Below, piece after piece: positions 20,342-41,836 of a DNA stretch of 64,000 bases. A model generated the notes under the pieces. That model was not told the origin of the DNA. It saw only the letters and a program-made list of their open reading frames with translations, and made no database searches. Position numbers and translations under genes: made by a program. Source of the stretch: an uncultured delta proteobacterium (GTDB lineage Bacteria; Desulfobacterota; Binatia; Binatales; Binataceae). Position 1 is the first letter of the stretch; each line of letters starts with the position of its first letter. Location: contig CAVQEQ010000003.1 in assembly GCA_963711565.1 (NCBI GenBank), forward strand, positions 640,001 to 704,000, written 5' to 3'.

Positions 20342-20373
20342 AATCGCAACTAACCTTATTGTGCCGAGCCTTA

Positions 20374-20925
20374 TTACGCCGAGGTCGATCCCGCGGCGGC
20401 TTTGCCGGCCTTGCGGCGAATCGTCTCGGTCGCGTACTTGATGCCCTTGCCCTTGTACGGCTCGGGCGGCCGCAGCTCGCGAATCTGCGCGGCGACGGTG
20501 CCGAGCAACTGGCGGTCGGCGCTCTCGAGCGTCACGGTCACCTGCTTCTCGACCTTCGCGGTGACGCCCGGCGGAAGCTGATAAACGATCGGATGCGAAT
20601 AGCCGAGGGTCAGATTCACCTGCTGGCCCTTGGCCTCGGCGCGGTAGCCGACGCCGTTAATCTCGAGCACGCGGCTGAAGCCCTTGCCGACGCCTTCGAC
20701 CATGTTGGCGACCAGCTTGCGCATGAGTCCGTGAATCGAGCGCTCTTCGCTGGTATCGCCGGGGCGCTTGACGAGGATTTCCGAATCCTTGATCTCGACG
20801 GTGTAGCCGGGATGAAGCTTGAGCTCTAGCTTGCCCTTGGGGCCTTCGACTTTGAGCGTGCCGCCGGCGACGGACGCTTTGACGCTCTTGTCGAGATGAA
20901 TCGGGAGTCTTCCTATCCGCGACAT
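20374..20925 (-). CDS. rplF: 50S ribosomal protein L6
   Basis: MSRIGRLPI and [13 protein letters not shown]. Confidence 0.98.
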   Translation of the reverse strand: MSRIGRLPIHLDKSVKASVAGGTLKVEGPKGKLELKLHPGYTVEIKDSEILVKRPGDTSEERSIHGLMRKLVANMVEGVGKGFSRVLEINGVGYRAEAKGQQVNLTLGYSHPIVYQLPPGVTAKVEKQVTVTLESADRQLLGTVAAQIRELRPPEPYKGKGIKYATETIRRKAGKAAAGSTSA

Positions 20926-20931
20926 AGTTGC

Positions 20932-21330
20932 TTACCAAACCCTGCAGAGAATTTCGCCGCCGACTTTTCTGCGCCGCGCCTCGCGACCGGTCATCACGCC
21001 GAGCGGAGTGGAGACGATTTGCACACCCATCGCGCCGCGCACCTTGCCAATTTCCGCTGCGCCGGCGTAGCGGCGATTGCTCGGCTTGCTGATGCGGTCG
21101 ATGCCGCGAATGACGGACTCGCGCGTCGGCGAGTAACGCAGCTTGAGCGCGAGCATCTTCTTGGGCGCCTCGCCGCCGACTTCGACGCCACTGAGGAAAC
21201 CCTCGGCCATCAGCACGCGGCAAATCGCCTCGCGCAGCCGTGAATGGGGCAGCGTGAGTTCATTGTAGCGCGCGCGCATCGCGTTGCGGATTCGCGTGAG
21301 CAGTTCTGCGATCGGATCGGTCTGCGACAT
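20932..21330 (-). CDS. rpsH: 30S ribosomal protein S8
   Basis: MSQTDPIAELLTRIRNA and GGEILCRVW. True start at 21330. Confidence 0.97.
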   Translation of the reverse strand: MSQTDPIAELLTRIRNAMRARYNELTLPHSRLREAICRVLMAEGFLSGVEVGGEAPKKMLALKLRYSPTRESVIRGIDRISKPSNRRYAGAAEIGKVRGAMGVQIVSTPLGVMTGREARRRKVGGEILCRVW

Positions 21331-21341
21331 AATTGGTCTCT

Positions 21342-21527
21342 CTACCAGCTGGCCTTGATCACGCCCGGCAACTTGCCGTCGAGTGCGTACTTGCGCAGGC
21401 ATAGCCTGCACATCTTGAAACGCCGATAGTACGCGCGCGCGCGGCCGCATAGCGGGCAGCGGTTGTACTGGCGCACTTTGAATTTTTGTTTGCGAGTCGC
21501 CTTGACCCGCAGGCACGTTTTCGCCAT
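21342..21527 (-). CDS. rpsN: 30S ribosomal protein S14, short Zn-binding type
   Basis: 61 aa MAKTCLRVK...RCPLCGR...MCRLCLR...LPGVIKASW. Confidence 0.97.
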   Translation of the reverse strand: MAKTCLRVKATRKQKFKVRQYNRCPLCGRARAYYRRFKMCRLCLRKYALDGKLPGVIKASW

Positions 21528-21537
21528 TCGACTGTCC

Positions 21538-22377
21538 TTATGCTCCCTGCGCCGGCGTCGGCGGCGGTGTTGCCGCGGCGGCGACCGCGGCCCTCGCGGC
21601 GGCATGAGCCTGTGCGGCTGCTGCCGCCTTGGCCGCATCGGCTTCGCGCTCGGCTGCGCCGCGCATCGGCATCCCGAGCGCGCGCAGCAGCGTCAGACCC
21701 TCGAAGTCGCTGCGCGCCGTGGTCGTGATCGAAATGGTCAAGCCCTTCACCTTCTCGACCTTGTCGAGGTTGAGTTCGGGGAAAATTGTGTGTTCCTTCA
21801 GGCCGAGCGAGTAGTTGCCGCGGCCGTCGAAAGCTTTGTCGCTGACGCCGCGGAAGTCGCGCACGCGCGGCAGCGAGATATTCACCAGGCGATCGAAGAA
21901 CTCCCACATCTTTTCGCGGCGCAGCGTGACCATCACGCCAATCGGCATGCCCTGGCGCAGCTTGAAATTCGATATCGCCTTGCGCGCGCGCGTCAGCACG
22001 GGCTTTTGCCCGGCGATCACCTTGAGCTCTTCGAGGGCGGAGTCGAGGATCTTGACGTTGTCGCGCGCTTCCTGCAGCGCCATGTTGATCGTGATCTTCT
22101 CAAGGCGCGGCACCCGCATCTTGTTGTCGATTTTGAGCTCGCGCATCAGGGCCGGCGCGATTTCGTTCTCGAAGCGCACGCGCAGGCGTGCGGGCAGCTT
22201 GGGCTCGGGCGGCAGCGGCGCCGCGGCGGAAGCTTTCGCCTCTTCGGCAGCCTGCTTCTGCTGAGCCTGGCGTGCCTTGCCTTCGCGCTTGGCCTTGGCC
22301 GCGGCGTCGGACTTGGCGGTCTGCTCGGCTTTGGCCGCCTGCTCGGCCTTGTCCGGCTTTTCTTTTTTGTCGGCCAT
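21538..22377 (-). CDS. rplE: 50S ribosomal protein L5 with long N- and C-terminal extensions
   Basis: [16 protein letters not shown] and [10 protein letters not shown]. 279 aa. Confidence 0.97.
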   Translation of the reverse strand: MADKKEKPDKAEQAAKAEQTAKSDAAAKAKREGKARQAQQKQAAEEAKASAAAPLPPEPKLPARLRVRFENEIAPALMRELKIDNKMRVPRLEKITINMALQEARDNVKILDSALEELKVIAGQKPVLTRARKAISNFKLRQGMPIGVMVTLRREKMWEFFDRLVNISLPRVRDFRGVSDKAFDGRGNYSLGLKEHTIFPELNLDKVEKVKGLTISITTTARSDFEGLTLLRALGMPMRGAAEREADAAKAAAAAQAHAAARAAVAAAATPPPTPAQGA

Positions 22378-22715
22378 TAGTCGTTACCTATTGTTTCGCC
22401 GCATCGCCGGCAGACCCGGCTCCTGGCGCCGTCGTCGGCCACCTTGAGCCCGACCCGCACGGGGGCGTTGCAGCGATCGCAAAAAATCATGACGTTCGAG
22501 ATATTGATCGGCGCTTCCTTCTCGACGATTCCGCCCGGGCGCTGCGCACCGCTGCCCCCCGGCTTGGTGTGACGCTTGACGATGTTCAGCCGCTCGATCA
22601 CGACGCGTCCGCGCTCGGGCAGCACGCGCATCACCTTGCCGGTCTTGCCGCGGTCGCGCCCGGTCACGACCATCACGGTGTCGTTCTTCTTAATCTTATA
22701 TTTCGCCGACGCCAT
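22377..22715 (-). CDS. rplX: 50S ribosomal protein L24
   Basis: [21 protein letters not shown] and [15 protein letters not shown]. Confidence 0.97.
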   Translation of the reverse strand: MASAKYKIKKNDTVMVVTGRDRGKTGKVMRVLPERGRVVIERLNIVKRHTKPGGSGAQRPGGIVEKEAPINISNVMIFCDRCNAPVRVGLKVADDGARSRVCRRCGETIGND

Positions 22716-23083
22716 CACAGCACCTCCGGCGCGAGCGAGATAATCTTCAAAAACTTTTTCGCACGCAGTTCGCGGGCCACGGGGCCGAAGATGCGCGTGC
22801 CGATCGGTTCGTGATCCTTGTCGAGCAGCACGGCGGAGTTGCCGTCGAAGCGGATATAGCTGCCGTCGTCGCGGCTGATCTCTTTGGCCGTACGCACGAT
22901 CACCGCGCGCGAGACGTCGCCTTTTTTGACCTTGGCGTTGGGAATCGCTTCTTTCACTGCGACCACGATCACATCTCCGACCGAGGCGTACCGGCGCTTG
23001 GAGCCGCCGAGCACCTTGATGCACATCACCTTGCGGGCACCCGAGTTATCGGCGACATCCAGAACTGTTTGCACCTGAACCAT
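22715..23083 (-). CDS. rplN: 50S ribosomal protein L14
   Basis: [21 protein letters not shown] and ISLAPEVL. Confidence 0.98.
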   Translation of the reverse strand: MVQVQTVLDVADNSGARKVMCIKVLGGSKRRYASVGDVIVVAVKEAIPNAKVKKGDVSRAVIVRTAKEISRDDGSYIRFDGNSAVLLDKDHEPIGTRIFGPVARELRAKKFLKIISLAPEVL

Positions 23084-23094
23084 TGTATCGCGCC

Positions 23095-23349
23095 CTACCC
23101 CGCGGCCTTTTTGAGAACGCGGCTGACGCGCCAGCGCTTGTTTTTCGACAGCGGACGCGACTCGATGATCTGCACGCGATCGCCTTCCTTGCATTCGCCG
23201 CGCTCGTCATGCGCCATGAACTTGGTGCTGCGGCGCACGCGCTTGCCGTAGAGCGCGTGCTCGACCATGCGATCGACCTTGACCACGACGGTCTTGGTCA
23301 TCTTGGCGGAGACCACGGTCCCCTCGCGCCGTTTGATTCGCTCCCGCAT
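23095..23349 (-). CDS. rpsQ: 30S ribosomal protein S17
   Basis: [14 protein letters not shown] and [11 protein letters not shown]. Confidence 0.98.
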   Translation of the reverse strand: MRERIKRREGTVVSAKMTKTVVVKVDRMVEHALYGKRVRRSTKFMAHDERGECKEGDRVQIIESRPLSKNKRWRVSRVLKKAAG

Positions 23350-23570
23350 TAACCTGCCTTCTTCTTCGTCGTCACAGTTTCGCCGCGCGCCTTTTCGCCG
23401 AGCAGCGTCATAATCAGGGCCAGCTCGCGACGCGCGCGGCGGTAGCCGGCGTGATTGTCGAGCTGATTGGTGCGCAGCTTCAGGCGCAGCCGGAAAATCT
23501 CCTCGCGCGCCTCGCGTTCTTTGACCCGCAAATCCGGCGCGGTCATCTGCCTTAGTTCGTCAAGCTCCAA
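23349..23570 (-). CDS. rpmC: 50S ribosomal protein L29
   Basis: Position between rplP and rpsQ; FRLRL...QLDN...RRELA. Confidence 0.92.
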   Translation of the reverse strand: MELDELRQMTAPDLRVKEREAREEIFRLRLKLRTNQLDNHAGYRRARRELALIMTLLGEKARGETVTTKKKAG

Positions 23571-23985
23571 GGCCGCCCTCCTCGCGCTGGATCATAATTG
23601 TCTTGATCGGCAGCTTATGCGCCGCCAGCCGCATCGCTTCTTTCGCGGTGGCGTAATCGACGCCTTCCATCTCGAACAGAATCCGCCCCGGCCTGACGCA
23701 CGCGACCCATCCTTCGGGCGAGCCCTTGCCCTTGCCCATGCGGGTTTCAGCCGGCTTCTTGGTGAAGGGCTTGTCGGGAAACACGCGAATCCAGACGCGG
23801 CCGCCGCGCTTGATATGGCGGGTGAGCGCGATACGGGCGGCTTCCAGAGCGCGCGTGTCGATACGGCAAGTCTCGAGCGACTTGAGGCCGTAGTCGCCGA
23901 AGGCGAGCGTGAGTCCGCGCGACTCGGCGCCGCGGACGCGGCCCTTCATCATCTTGCGCCATTTAACTTTTTTTGGTGCGAGCAT
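23560..23985 (-). CDS. rplP: 50S ribosomal protein L16
   Basis: [20 protein letters not shown]. Confidence 0.98.
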   Translation of the reverse strand: MLAPKKVKWRKMMKGRVRGAESRGLTLAFGDYGLKSLETCRIDTRALEAARIALTRHIKRGGRVWIRVFPDKPFTKKPAETRMGKGKGSPEGWVACVRPGRILFEMEGVDYATAKEAMRLAAHKLPIKTIMIQREEGGLGA

Positions 23986-23994
23986 CTTACTTCG

Positions 23995-24672
23995 TCAATT
24001 CGCCTGCACAGGCGTTCCCGCGCGTTTCGCGTCCGCGTCTTTGCGCGTCAAAACTTCGCCGCGGAAAATCCAGACCTTCACGCCGATCTGGCCGTAGGTC
24101 GTGCGCGCTTCGGCAAATCCGTACGCCACATCGGCACGCAGCGTCTGCAGCGGCACGCGACCCTCGCGATACCATTCCTGGCGCGCGATTTCCGCGCCGC
24201 CGAGGCGTCCCGCGACATGGACCTTGACGCCCTGCGCACCCATCCGCATCGCGCGCGTGACCGCCTCTTTCATCGCACGGCGAAAGGCGACGCGACGCTC
24301 GAGTTGCAGCGCGATATTCTCGGCGACGAGTTGCGGATCGAGATCGGGGCGGCGCACCTCGTGGATATTGATAAAGGAGTCGCGCCCCTTCATCAGCTTC
24401 TGGATATCGAGCTTGAGCTTGTCGATTTCCGCGCCCTTCTTGCCGATCACGATTCCAGGACGCGCCGTGTAAATATTAATCTTGGCCTTGTTCGCCATCC
24501 GCTCGATTTCGATGCGCGAGATACCGGCGTGGTAGAGCCGCTTCTTGATGAACTCGCGCAGCTTCAAATCCTCGTGCAGCAACTTCGCGTAGTCGTGGCT
24601 CGCGTACCATCGCGAGTCCCAGCTCTCGATAATGCCGAGACGAAATCCGCGCGGATGTACTTTCTGTCCCAT
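23995..24672 (-). CDS. rpsC: 30S ribosomal protein S3
   Basis: [13 protein letters not shown] and [11 protein letters not shown]. Confidence 0.98.
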   Translation of the reverse strand: MGQKVHPRGFRLGIIESWDSRWYASHDYAKLLHEDLKLREFIKKRLYHAGISRIEIERMANKAKINIYTARPGIVIGKKGAEIDKLKLDIQKLMKGRDSFINIHEVRRPDLDPQLVAENIALQLERRVAFRRAMKEAVTRAMRMGAQGVKVHVAGRLGGAEIARQEWYREGRVPLQTLRADVAYGFAEARTTYGQIGVKVWIFRGEVLTRKDADAKRAGTPVQAN

Positions 24673-24679
24673 AGAGACC

Positions 24680-25018
24680 TCAGGACGCCCGCTCGTCCAC
24701 GATTACCGTGAGATGGCTGGTGCGTTTATGGATCGGCGTCTGATGCATGTGCGCGCGCTTGAGCGCGCGCTTCCAGGTCGGCCCGGTGTCGGCGGTCGCG
24801 CGTTTTACGAACAACTTGTCCTCGTCAACGTTCTGCTGGTCGCGGGCGTTGGCGATCGCGGCGAGCAGCGTTTTCGAGACGAAGCGCGCCGCCTTCTTGG
24901 GCGTGAACTCGAGAATCGACAGCGCCTGATCGACTTTCTTGCCGACGATCAGCTCGCATACAAGATGGAGCTTGCGCGGCGAAATTCTGATGAAGCGGGT
25001 TCGCGATACGGATTCCAT
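24680..25018 (-). CDS. rplV: 50S ribosomal protein L22
   Basis: RISPRK, AIANA and KRTSHLTV. Confidence 0.96.
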   Translation of the reverse strand: MESVSRTRFIRISPRKLHLVCELIVGKKVDQALSILEFTPKKAARFVSKTLLAAIANARDQQNVDEDKLFVKRATADTGPTWKRALKRAHMHQTPIHKRTSHLTVIVDERAS

Positions 25019-25038
25019 GACTCTTACAACTTCCCCGC

Positions 25039-25365
25039 TTACGCCTTCGCCGCGGCCGGAGCCGCCGGTGCGGCGGGCGCTGACGCTGCTTTCACTTCGC
25101 CCTTGCGGTCGCCGGCATGGCCGTGGAAGGTGCGCGTCGGCGCGAATTCGCCGAGCTTGTGGCCGACCATGTTCTCGGTGCAGTACACGGGGATGAACTT
25201 GTGGCCGTTGTGGACGGCGAAGGTCAGCGCGATCATGTCGGGCGTGATCATCGAGCGCCGCGACCAGGTCTTGATGATACGCTTGTCGCCAGAGGCGGTC
25301 GCAGCGCCGACTTTCTTCAGCAGATGCCCGTCCACGAACGGACCTTTTTTCAGTGACCTTGCCAT
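25039..25365 (-). CDS. rpsS: 30S ribosomal protein S19 with Ala/Pro tail
   Basis: [12 protein letters not shown] and [15 protein letters not shown]. Confidence 0.98.
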   Translation of the reverse strand: MARSLKKGPFVDGHLLKKVGAATASGDKRIIKTWSRRSMITPDMIALTFAVHNGHKFIPVYCTENMVGHKLGEFAPTRTFHGHAGDRKGEVKAASAPAAPAAPAAAKA

Positions 25366-25370
25366 AACGC

Positions 25371-26201
25371 TTAGTGTTTTCCCTTCGGGCGCCGACTGAC
25401 GATCAAATTGTCCGACGGCTGCTTCTTGCGCGTCTTGTATCCCTTGGCGGGCTGGCCCCACGGTGACTGGGGATGGTTTCCTTTCGACTTGCCCTCGCCA
25501 CCGCCGTGCGGATGGTCAACCGGGTTCATCGCGACTCCGCGCACGTGACCGCGCTTGCCGAGCCATCGCGAGCGCCCGGCCTTGCCGATCGAAATATTTT
25601 CATGATCGAGATTGCCGACCTGGCCGATAGTCGCGCGGCAATCTGCCTGCACCATCCGCTGCTCGCCCGAGGGCAGCTTGAGCAGAGCCATCTTGCCCTC
25701 TTTCGCCATCAACTGCGCCTGCACACCCGCGCCACGCGCGAGCTTGGCGCCGGCGCCCGGCTTCATCTCGATCGCATGCACGACGGTACCGAGCGGGATG
25801 TTCTTGAGCATCAGCGCGTTGCCGGGCTTGATGTCGGCGTTCGCACCAGACTCGACCTTGGCGCCGACCTTGAGCCCGTCGGGCGCGAGGATGTAAGTCT
25901 TCACGCCGTCGGCATAGTGCAGGAGCGCGATATTCGCCGAGCGATTCGGATCGTATTCCAGCGCGGCGACAACGGCCGGAATCCCGTCGCGGTTGCGCTT
26001 GAAATCGATCAGGCGGAGACGGCGTTTATGGCCGCCGCCGCGATGACGCGAGGTCATGCGTCCGCGATTATTGCGTCCGCCGGTGCGCTTGACCGGGACC
26101 AGCAGACTTTTCTCCGGCTCTTTCTTGGTGAGCTCGGAGAAATCCGCAATCTGCATGAAGCGCTGCCCAGGCGTGCGCGGATTTAGTTGTATAACTGCCA
26201 T
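25371..26201 (-). CDS. rplB: 50S ribosomal protein L2
   Basis: EYDPNRSA and [18 protein letters not shown]. Confidence 0.98.
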   Translation of the reverse strand: MAVIQLNPRTPGQRFMQIADFSELTKKEPEKSLLVPVKRTGGRNNRGRMTSRHRGGGHKRRLRLIDFKRNRDGIPAVVAALEYDPNRSANIALLHYADGVKTYILAPDGLKVGAKVESGANADIKPGNALMLKNIPLGTVVHAIEMKPGAGAKLARGAGVQAQLMAKEGKMALLKLPSGEQRMVQADCRATIGQVGNLDHENISIGKAGRSRWLGKRGHVRGVAMNPVDHPHGGGEGKSKGNHPQSPWGQPAKGYKTRKKQPSDNLIVSRRPKGKH

Positions 26202-26267
26202 TTTTTTCAGTATCTCTTCCGTCTAGCTCCGAACTCTCGTCTCAATATCGTGCTCAGGCACGGTATC

Positions 26268-26558
26268 TTAGAGCCCTTCGAAGAACTCGATCTTGTCGCC
26301 TTCCTTCAGAGTTACGTAAGCCTTCTTCCAGTCCATCTGGCGGCCCTTGATTGCACCTTTTTTCCGTTCCTTGCCCATGAAGTTCGAGGTGCGAACTTTA
26401 ATCACGGTGACTTTGAACAGATGCTCGACGGCCTCGCGAATCTTGTCCTTGCTCGCGCCGGGACGCACGCGGAACAGCACCTGGCCGGCTTTTTCACTGG
26501 CCATCGTGCCCTTCTCCGTGATGATGGGGGCGAGAATCAGGCTCTCGGGACTACTCAT
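26268..26558 (-). CDS. rplW: 50S ribosomal protein L23
   Basis: PIITEK and WKKAYVTL. Likely start MSSPES at 26558. Confidence 0.96.
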   Translation of the reverse strand: MSSPESLILAPIITEKGTMASEKAGQVLFRVRPGASKDKIREAVEHLFKVTVIKVRTSNFMGKERKKGAIKGRQMDWKKAYVTLKEGDKIEFFEGL

Positions 26559-27219
26559 TTTGCTTCCCCGCAAACCGAGCTTCGATTGCCTTGGCGGTCT
26601 GACTCGTCATCACGAGTTCCCGGTAATTGAGCACGTCGTAAACGTTGAGCCCTTCAATCGCGAGCACCTTGTGGGCGGCCAGGTTGCGCGCGGCGAGAAA
26701 AAACTTGGCGTCGCCCTCGCCCGTAACAATCAAAGCGTGCTCGACGCCGAGCTTGCCGAGAGCAGCCTTGGCGGCTTTGGTCTTCGGCTCCGCGATATCG
26801 AGCGACTCGACGACGAACAGCTTGCCGTTCTTCGCGCGATCGGAAATCGCCAGGCATAGCGCGGCGCGCCACGCCTTTTTCGGCATCTTGTATGAATAGT
26901 CGCGCGGCTGCGGTCCGAAGATCGTTCCGCCATGCCGCCAGATTGGCGAGCGAGTCGAGCCGGCGCGCGCGCGGCCGGTGCCCTTCTGCCGCCATGGCTT
27001 GCGGCCGCCGCCCGAGATGAGTCCCTTGGTCTTGGTCGAGGCGGTGCCGGAGCGGCGATTCGCAAGCTGCATCCGAACCGCCTCATGCAGCAGCGACACG
27101 TCGCCGTCGCGGCCGAAGACGTTGCCGGCGACTTCGAGCTCGCCGACTTTCTCGTGCGACGCCGAGTAGAGCGGCAGCTTGACCGGCGATGCCGATTGTT
27201 TTTCTTTTCGCTCAGGCAC
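26551..27219 (-). CDS. rplD: 50S ribosomal protein L4
   Basis: [19 protein letters not shown]. Confidence 0.98.
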   Translation of the reverse strand: MPERKEKQSASPVKLPLYSASHEKVGELEVAGNVFGRDGDVSLLHEAVRMQLANRRSGTASTKTKGLISGGGRKPWRQKGTGRARAGSTRSPIWRHGGTIFGPQPRDYSYKMPKKAWRAALCLAISDRAKNGKLFVVESLDIAEPKTKAAKAALGKLGVEHALIVTGEGDAKFFLAARNLAAHKVLAIEGLNVYDVLNYRELVMTSQTAKAIEARFAGKQNE

Positions 27220-27883
27220 TGGCTGTCACCTTGACGTTCGCGCGGCGGCGCGGGCGGGCCGCGTGATGTACGACGAGCAGCGCGCCGTCGGGTCCGGGCA
27301 CGGCGCCCGAGATGACGACGGCGTTGTCGTCGGCAAGAATCTCGAGCACCTCGAGATTGAGTATCGAGGCGGTCGCATTGCCCATCTGCCCCGCCATCCG
27401 CATGCCCTTGCGCACGCGGCCGGGATAAGAACGGTTGCCGATCGAGCCGCCGTGACGGAAATATTCGTGGGTGCCGTGCGAGCCGGGAAAGCCGGAAAAG
27501 TGATGGCGCTTGATGACGCCGGCGTAGCCGTGGCCCTTCGAGATTCCAGTCACATCGACCTGGTCGCCGACCTTGAACACGTCGGACGCCGCTATCGGCT
27601 GCCCGAGTGTCAGATCGCCTTCGCCGCGACGCTCGAACTCGCCCGACTTGATGCCGGCCGCGATGTTGGCCTTGGCGAAATGCCCGCGGACCGCGCCGGT
27701 CACGCGATTCAGCTTGCGCTTGCCGAAGGTCACCTGGACGCTGTCGTAGCCGTCGGTCGCCGCGGTCTTAAGCTGCGACACCGTGCATGGCCCGAGCGTC
27801 AACACCGTAGCCGCGCGCACGCGGCCACTGGGGTCGGTCACCTGGGTCATCCCAATTTTCTTGCCAATCAATCCGGTCAGCAT
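27212..27883 (-). CDS. rplC: 50S ribosomal protein L3
   Basis: [21 protein letters not shown] and MAGQMG. Confidence 0.98.
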   Translation of the reverse strand: MLTGLIGKKIGMTQVTDPSGRVRAATVLTLGPCTVSQLKTAATDGYDSVQVTFGKRKLNRVTGAVRGHFAKANIAAGIKSGEFERRGEGDLTLGQPIAASDVFKVGDQVDVTGISKGHGYAGVIKRHHFSGFPGSHGTHEYFRHGGSIGNRSYPGRVRKGMRMAGQMGNATASILNLEVLEILADDNAVVISGAVPGPDGALLVVHHAARPRRRANVKVTASA

Positions 27884-27888
27884 CGGCC

Positions 27889-28197
27889 CTACTCGAGCTT
27901 GATTTCAACGTCCACGCCCGCGGCGAGGTCGAGCTTGCCCAGCGCGTCGATGGTCTGCTGGGTCGGCTCGAGGACGTCGAGCAGACGTTTATGCGTTCGT
28001 ATTTCAAAATGCTCGCGCGACTTCTTGTCAACGTGCGGCGAGCGGTTGACGGTGAAGCGCTCGATGCGAGTCGGCAGCGGGATCGGACCCGCCACGCGGC
28101 CGCCGGTGCGCCGGATAGTATCCACGATTTCGCGAACCGACTGATCGAGCAGGCGGTAGTCGTACGCTTTGAGGCGTATGCGTATCTTGTCGTTCAT
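27889..28197 (-). CDS. rpsJ: 30S ribosomal protein S10
   Basis: [10 protein letters not shown] and [19 protein letters not shown]. Confidence 0.98.
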   Translation of the reverse strand: MNDKIRIRLKAYDYRLLDQSVREIVDTIRRTGGRVAGPIPLPTRIERFTVNRSPHVDKKSREHFEIRTHKRLLDVLEPTQQTIDALGKLDLAAGVDVEIKLE

Positions 28198-28286
28198 CTA
28201 GAAAATACCGCGCCCGATTCGTTCAGCGCTCCGCTCCATCGATGCTCTATTGCGTACGGTCCCTATTGCTCTTGCTTCAGTGTCAG

Positions 28287-29486
<1,200 letters not shown>

Positions 29487-29526
29487 TGTGGTGTAACCTC
29501 CGATTGAGCGCGTTGCTCATGAGTCG

Positions 29527-31617
29527 TTATGCGCGCTTCTTTTCCTTGCTGTCGCCAGTCTGCGCCATCAACTCATCCAGAATATTTTTTGGCACGGGTT
29601 CATACGCGCCGAACTGCATCGTGTAAGTTGCGCGGCCCTGGGTCATCGAGCGCAGCCGCGTGGCGTAACCGAACATAGTAGCGAGCGGGACGCGGGCCTC
29701 GATGACCTGCGCGCCAGCGCGATTTTCCATGTCGAGAATCTTGCCGCGCCGCCCGCTCAAGTCGCCGATAACCTCGCCCATGAACTCCTGCGGGGTGACG
29801 GCCTCGACCTCCATGACAGGCTCGAGCAGAATCGGCTCGGCCTTTTCGCAAGCCTCTTTGAAAGCCATCGAGCCGGCAATTTTGAACGCGAGCTCGGACG
29901 AGTCCACGTCGTGTTCCTTGCCGTCGACGACGATCGCCTTGATATCGACCATCGGGTAACCCAGGATCACGCCGTTCTCCATCGCTTCTTTCACACCGTC
30001 TTCGACTGCCGGAATGAAGTTGCGCGAGATCGAGCCGCCCTTGGTGCCGTCCTCGAACTCGAAGCCGCCGCCTTTGGGGAGCGGCTCGATACGGAGCTCG
30101 ACCACGGCGAATTGGCCGTGACCGCCGCTCTGGCGGACCAGGCGGCCCTCGGCTTCCGAGGCGCGCTTGATGGTTTCGCGGTAGGCGACCTGCGGCTTGC
30201 CGATATTGGCGTCAACTTTGAATTCGCGCAGCATCCGATCGACGATAATTTCGAGATGCAGCTCGCCCATCCCGGCGATAAGCGTCTGCGAAGTTTCCTT
30301 ATTTACGCTGACGCGGAACGACGGGTCTTCCTTGGCGAGCTTCTGCAGCGCCTCGCCGAGCTTCTCCTGGTCGGCCTTGGTCTTGGGCTCGATCGCGATC
30401 TGGATGACAGGCTCGGGAAACTCGATCGACTCGAGCACAATCGGCGCGGCCGGATCGCATAGCGTGTCGCCGGTAGTAGTATCGCGCAGGCCGACGGCGC
30501 AGATGTCACCGGCGTAAACCTCGGTGATGTCTTCGCGCTTGTTCGCGTGCATCTTGAGCATCCGGCCGATTCGTTCGCGCTTGCCGCGGGTGGAATTGAG
30601 CAGCGACGAGCCGCTTTCCAGCTTGCCCGAATAAACCCGGATGAAGGTGAGCGTGCCCATATGCTGGTCGTTCATTATTTTGAACGCGAGCGCGGAGAAC
30701 GGCGCGTCGTCACGCGGCCATCGCTCTTCAATCTTGTCGCCGACCTTGCCGACGACCGGAGGGAGGTCCAGCGGCGAGGGCAGGTAATCGACGACCGCGT
30801 CGAGCATCGGCTGCACGCCCTTGTTGCGGAACGCGGAGCCGAGGATCACGGGCGTGATCGCCATCTTGAGCGTGGCGGCGCGAATCGCGGCGCGAATCTG
30901 TGCGGGCTCGGGGTGCTTGCCCTCGAGGTAGAGCTCCATGATCTTCTCGTCGTGATCGGCGAGCGTCTCGACCAGCTTGTCGCGATAGCCCGCGGCCTGT
31001 TCTTTCATATCGGCGGGGATTTCCGCGGTACGATACTCCGCGCCGAGACGATCCTCGTCCCAAATGAGCGCTTTCTGATCGATCAGATCGATAAGGCCGG
31101 TGAACTTTTCCTCGGCGCCAATCGGCAGATGCAACAGCAGCGGCGTGGCCTTGAGCTTATCGCGCATTTCCTGCACGACACGCTCGAACTCGGCGCCGAC
31201 GCGATCCATCTTGTTGATGAACGCGACGCGGGGGACCCGGTACTTGTCGGCCTGGCGCCAGACGGTCTCAGATTGCGGCTCGACGCCGCCGACCGCGCAA
31301 AAGACCGCGACCGCGCCGTCGAGGACGCGGAGGCTGCGCTCGACTTCGATCGTGAAATCGACGTGTCCCGGCGTGTCGATAATATTGATGCGCATGTCGC
31401 GCCAGAAGCAGGTGGTGGCCGCCGACGTAATCGTGATGCCGCGCTCCTGCTCCTGCACCATCCAGTCCATCGTCGCGGTGCCTTCGTGCACTTCGCCAAT
31501 TTTGTAATTGATGCCGGTGTAGAAGAGCACGCGCTCGGTAGTGGTGGTCTTACCGGCGTCGATGTGCGCCATGATGCCGATGTTGCGCACCCGTTCTATT
31601 GGTGTCTGACGAGCCAT
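29527..31617 (-). CDS. fusA: Elongation factor G
   Basis: [21 protein letters not shown] and GMGELHLEI. Confidence 0.99.
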   Translation of the reverse strand: MARQTPIERVRNIGIMAHIDAGKTTTTERVLFYTGINYKIGEVHEGTATMDWMVQEQERGITITSAATTCFWRDMRINIIDTPGHVDFTIEVERSLRVLDGAVAVFCAVGGVEPQSETVWRQADKYRVPRVAFINKMDRVGAEFERVVQEMRDKLKATPLLLHLPIGAEEKFTGLIDLIDQKALIWDEDRLGAEYRTAEIPADMKEQAAGYRDKLVETLADHDEKIMELYLEGKHPEPAQIRAAIRAATLKMAITPVILGSAFRNKGVQPMLDAVVDYLPSPLDLPPVVGKVGDKIEERWPRDDAPFSALAFKIMNDQHMGTLTFIRVYSGKLESGSSLLNSTRGKRERIGRMLKMHANKREDITEVYAGDICAVGLRDTTTGDTLCDPAAPIVLESIEFPEPVIQIAIEPKTKADQEKLGEALQKLAKEDPSFRVSVNKETSQTLIAGMGELHLEIIVDRMLREFKVDANIGKPQVAYRETIKRASEAEGRLVRQSGGHGQFAVVELRIEPLPKGGGFEFEDGTKGGSISRNFIPAVEDGVKEAMENGVILGYPMVDIKAIVVDGKEHDVDSSELAFKIAGSMAFKEACEKAEPILLEPVMEVEAVTPQEFMGEVIGDLSGRRGKILDMENRAGAQVIEARVPLATMFGYATRLRSMTQGRATYTMQFGAYEPVPKNILDELMAQTGDSKEKKRA

Positions 31618-31633
31618 CTAAAAAAACTCGGTA

Positions 31634-32104
31634 TTACCAGCGATAGTGGGCGAACGCCTTGTTGGCATCCGCCATTCGATGTGTGTCTTCGCGCTTCTTG
31701 ACCGCGCCGCCGCGATTGGCGGCAGCGTCGAGGATTTCAGCGGCGAGCCGCTCTTCCATCGACTTCTCGCCACGCGAGCGCGCAGCGGTCACCAGCCAGC
31801 GCATCGCGAGCGAATTGCGCCGCGCCGGACGGACCTCGCTCGGGACTTGATAGTTGGCGCCGCCGACCCGGCGCGAGCGAACCTCGACCGCGGGACGAAC
31901 GTTGTCGAGCGCGCGCTTGAAGACGACCAGGCCGTCTTCCTTCGAGCGCTCGGCGGCGAGATCCAGCGCGTGATAGAAAATCTGCTCGGCGAGCGACTTC
32001 TTACCGCGTTCCATCACGATGTTCATGAACTTCGCGACGGTGCGGTCGTGATACTTGGGATCCGCCGGAATTTCGCGGACGCGTATTTGTCCTTTGCGCG
32101 ACAT
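31634..32104 (-). CDS. rpsG: 30S ribosomal protein S7
   Basis: [12 protein letters not shown] and [15 protein letters not shown]. Confidence 0.98.
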   Translation of the reverse strand: MSRKGQIRVREIPADPKYHDRTVAKFMNIVMERGKKSLAEQIFYHALDLAAERSKEDGLVVFKRALDNVRPAVEVRSRRVGGANYQVPSEVRPARRNSLAMRWLVTAARSRGEKSMEERLAAEILDAAANRGGAVKKREDTHRMADANKAFAHYRW

Positions 32105-32127
32105 ATAACTCTACTATTCGGGTTGCT

Positions 32128-32499
32128 TCACTTGGGTTTCTTCGACCCGTATTTCGAGCGGCCCTTGCGCCGCTCCTGCACGCCAATGGAGTCCAGCGTG
32201 CCGCGAATGACGTGATAGCGGACGCCCGGCAAGTCGCGCACGCGACCGCCGCGAATCAGCACCACGGAATGCTCTTGCAGGTTGTGGCCGACGCCGGGGA
32301 TGTAGGTGTTCACCTCGATCCCGTTGGACAATCGCACACGCGCAACTTTGCGGAGTGCGGAGTTCGGCTTCTTGGGCGTCGTCGTTTTCACCTGGGTGCA
32401 TACGCCGCGCTTTTGCGGCGAACCTTCGAGCGCGCGCGCCTTGGTCTTGAAGCTCTTCTTCACGCGCGCTCTTCGGATCAACTGGTTTATCGTCGGCAC
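32128..32499 (-). CDS. rpsL: 30S ribosomal protein S12
   Basis: [20 protein letters not shown] start. Confidence 0.99.
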   Translation of the reverse strand: MPTINQLIRRARVKKSFKTKARALEGSPQKRGVCTQVKTTTPKKPNSALRKVARVRLSNGIEVNTYIPGVGHNLQEHSVVLIRGGRVRDLPGVRYHVIRGTLDSIGVQERRKGRSKYGSKKPK

Positions 32500-32647
32500 G
32501 TTACAATATTCTCAATCTAGCCACTCTCGTTCGTTTACGCTCGCGAGGCGCACCTGTTCCGCGCTCGCCCATTCTCAAAGACCGCTCGGCGCCGGCGTCA
32601 TGCCCGGCCCGGTTTTTCGCCGGATTGCCCCCGTTGGGGCGCGGTGT

Positions 32648-32686
32648 TCAAACAAACCCCCCAAGGACAACTTATGCCCTTGGGGG
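32648..32686 (-). terminator. Hairpin, likely intrinsic terminator after rpoC
   Basis: Minus strand CCCCCAAGGGCA-TAAGT-TGTCCTTGGGGG followed by GTTTGTTT. Confidence 0.6.
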
Positions 32687-32720
32687 AAACATCATTATGT
32701 ACGGGACCCAGCCCGCCGTG

Positions 32721-36992
<4,272 letters not shown>

Positions 36993-37013
36993 CTCTTTAT
37001 AACTCCCTGGCCC

Positions 37014-41123
<4,110 letters not shown>

Positions 41124-41313
41124 CAGCTACCTCACCGTGCGTGCGCCACCTACTTCGGCGCGCCGTGAAGCAAAAGAGGACGCGGGCGCAGGAGTCTCCC
41201 CCGTGCCCACGGCTTCATCGATAAAGACCGTTTGAAATTCCCGCGCGCCTATACGTCCCGCGCCAGTTGAATTTCCCGACCCTTTGTTATGCGTCAAAAA
41301 GACTAAATCCTTC

Positions 41314-41703
41314 CTACTTAAGCTCCACGCTGCCACCGGCCGCTTCGAGCTTCTTCTTGATCTCTTCGGCTTCGGCCTTGTTGACGCCTTCCTTGACTGC
41401 CTTGGGCGCGCCGTCAACCAGGTCCTTGGCCTCTTTGAGGCCGAGTCCGGTCAATTCGCGGACGACCTTGATCACCTGGATCTTCTTGTCGCCGGAGCCC
41501 GTCAGCACGACGTTGAACTCTTCCTTCTCGGGCGCCGCCGCGGCAGCACCGCCGGCCGCCGGAGCAGCGGCCACCGCGACCGGAGCCGCAGCGGATACGC
41601 CGAGCTCGGCCTCGAGTTCCTTGACGAGAGCCGCTGCGTCGATCAGGCTCAGGTTCTTCAGATAATCCTTCACCTGATCGCGGCTGAGTTGTGCTTCTGA
41701 CAT
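41314..41703 (-). CDS. rplL: 50S ribosomal protein L7/L12
   Basis: [23 protein letters not shown]. Confidence 0.98.
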   Translation of the reverse strand: MSEAQLSRDQVKDYLKNLSLIDAAALVKELEAELGVSAAAPVAVAAAPAAGGAAAAAPEKEEFNVVLTGSGDKKIQVIKVVRELTGLGLKEAKDLVDGAPKAVKEGVNKAEAEEIKKKLEAAGGSVELK

Positions 41704-41836
41704 GTTACCTTCTCTCCTTGTTCACGCATCCGGGGAGATTGTGGGAGCGCCCCAGGATTCTAATTTTTCACTCGACGGGATCGTTTAACTTAATCATTCG
41801 CGCGCGTTCTGCACGCGACCAAAATCAACCTTCTCT

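Noticed and set aside
25343-25356. TTTTTTCAGTGA inside rpsS as a fourth copy of the leader motif
   Set aside because: Explained by the codons for Ser-Leu-Lys-Lys, and the second block is missing.
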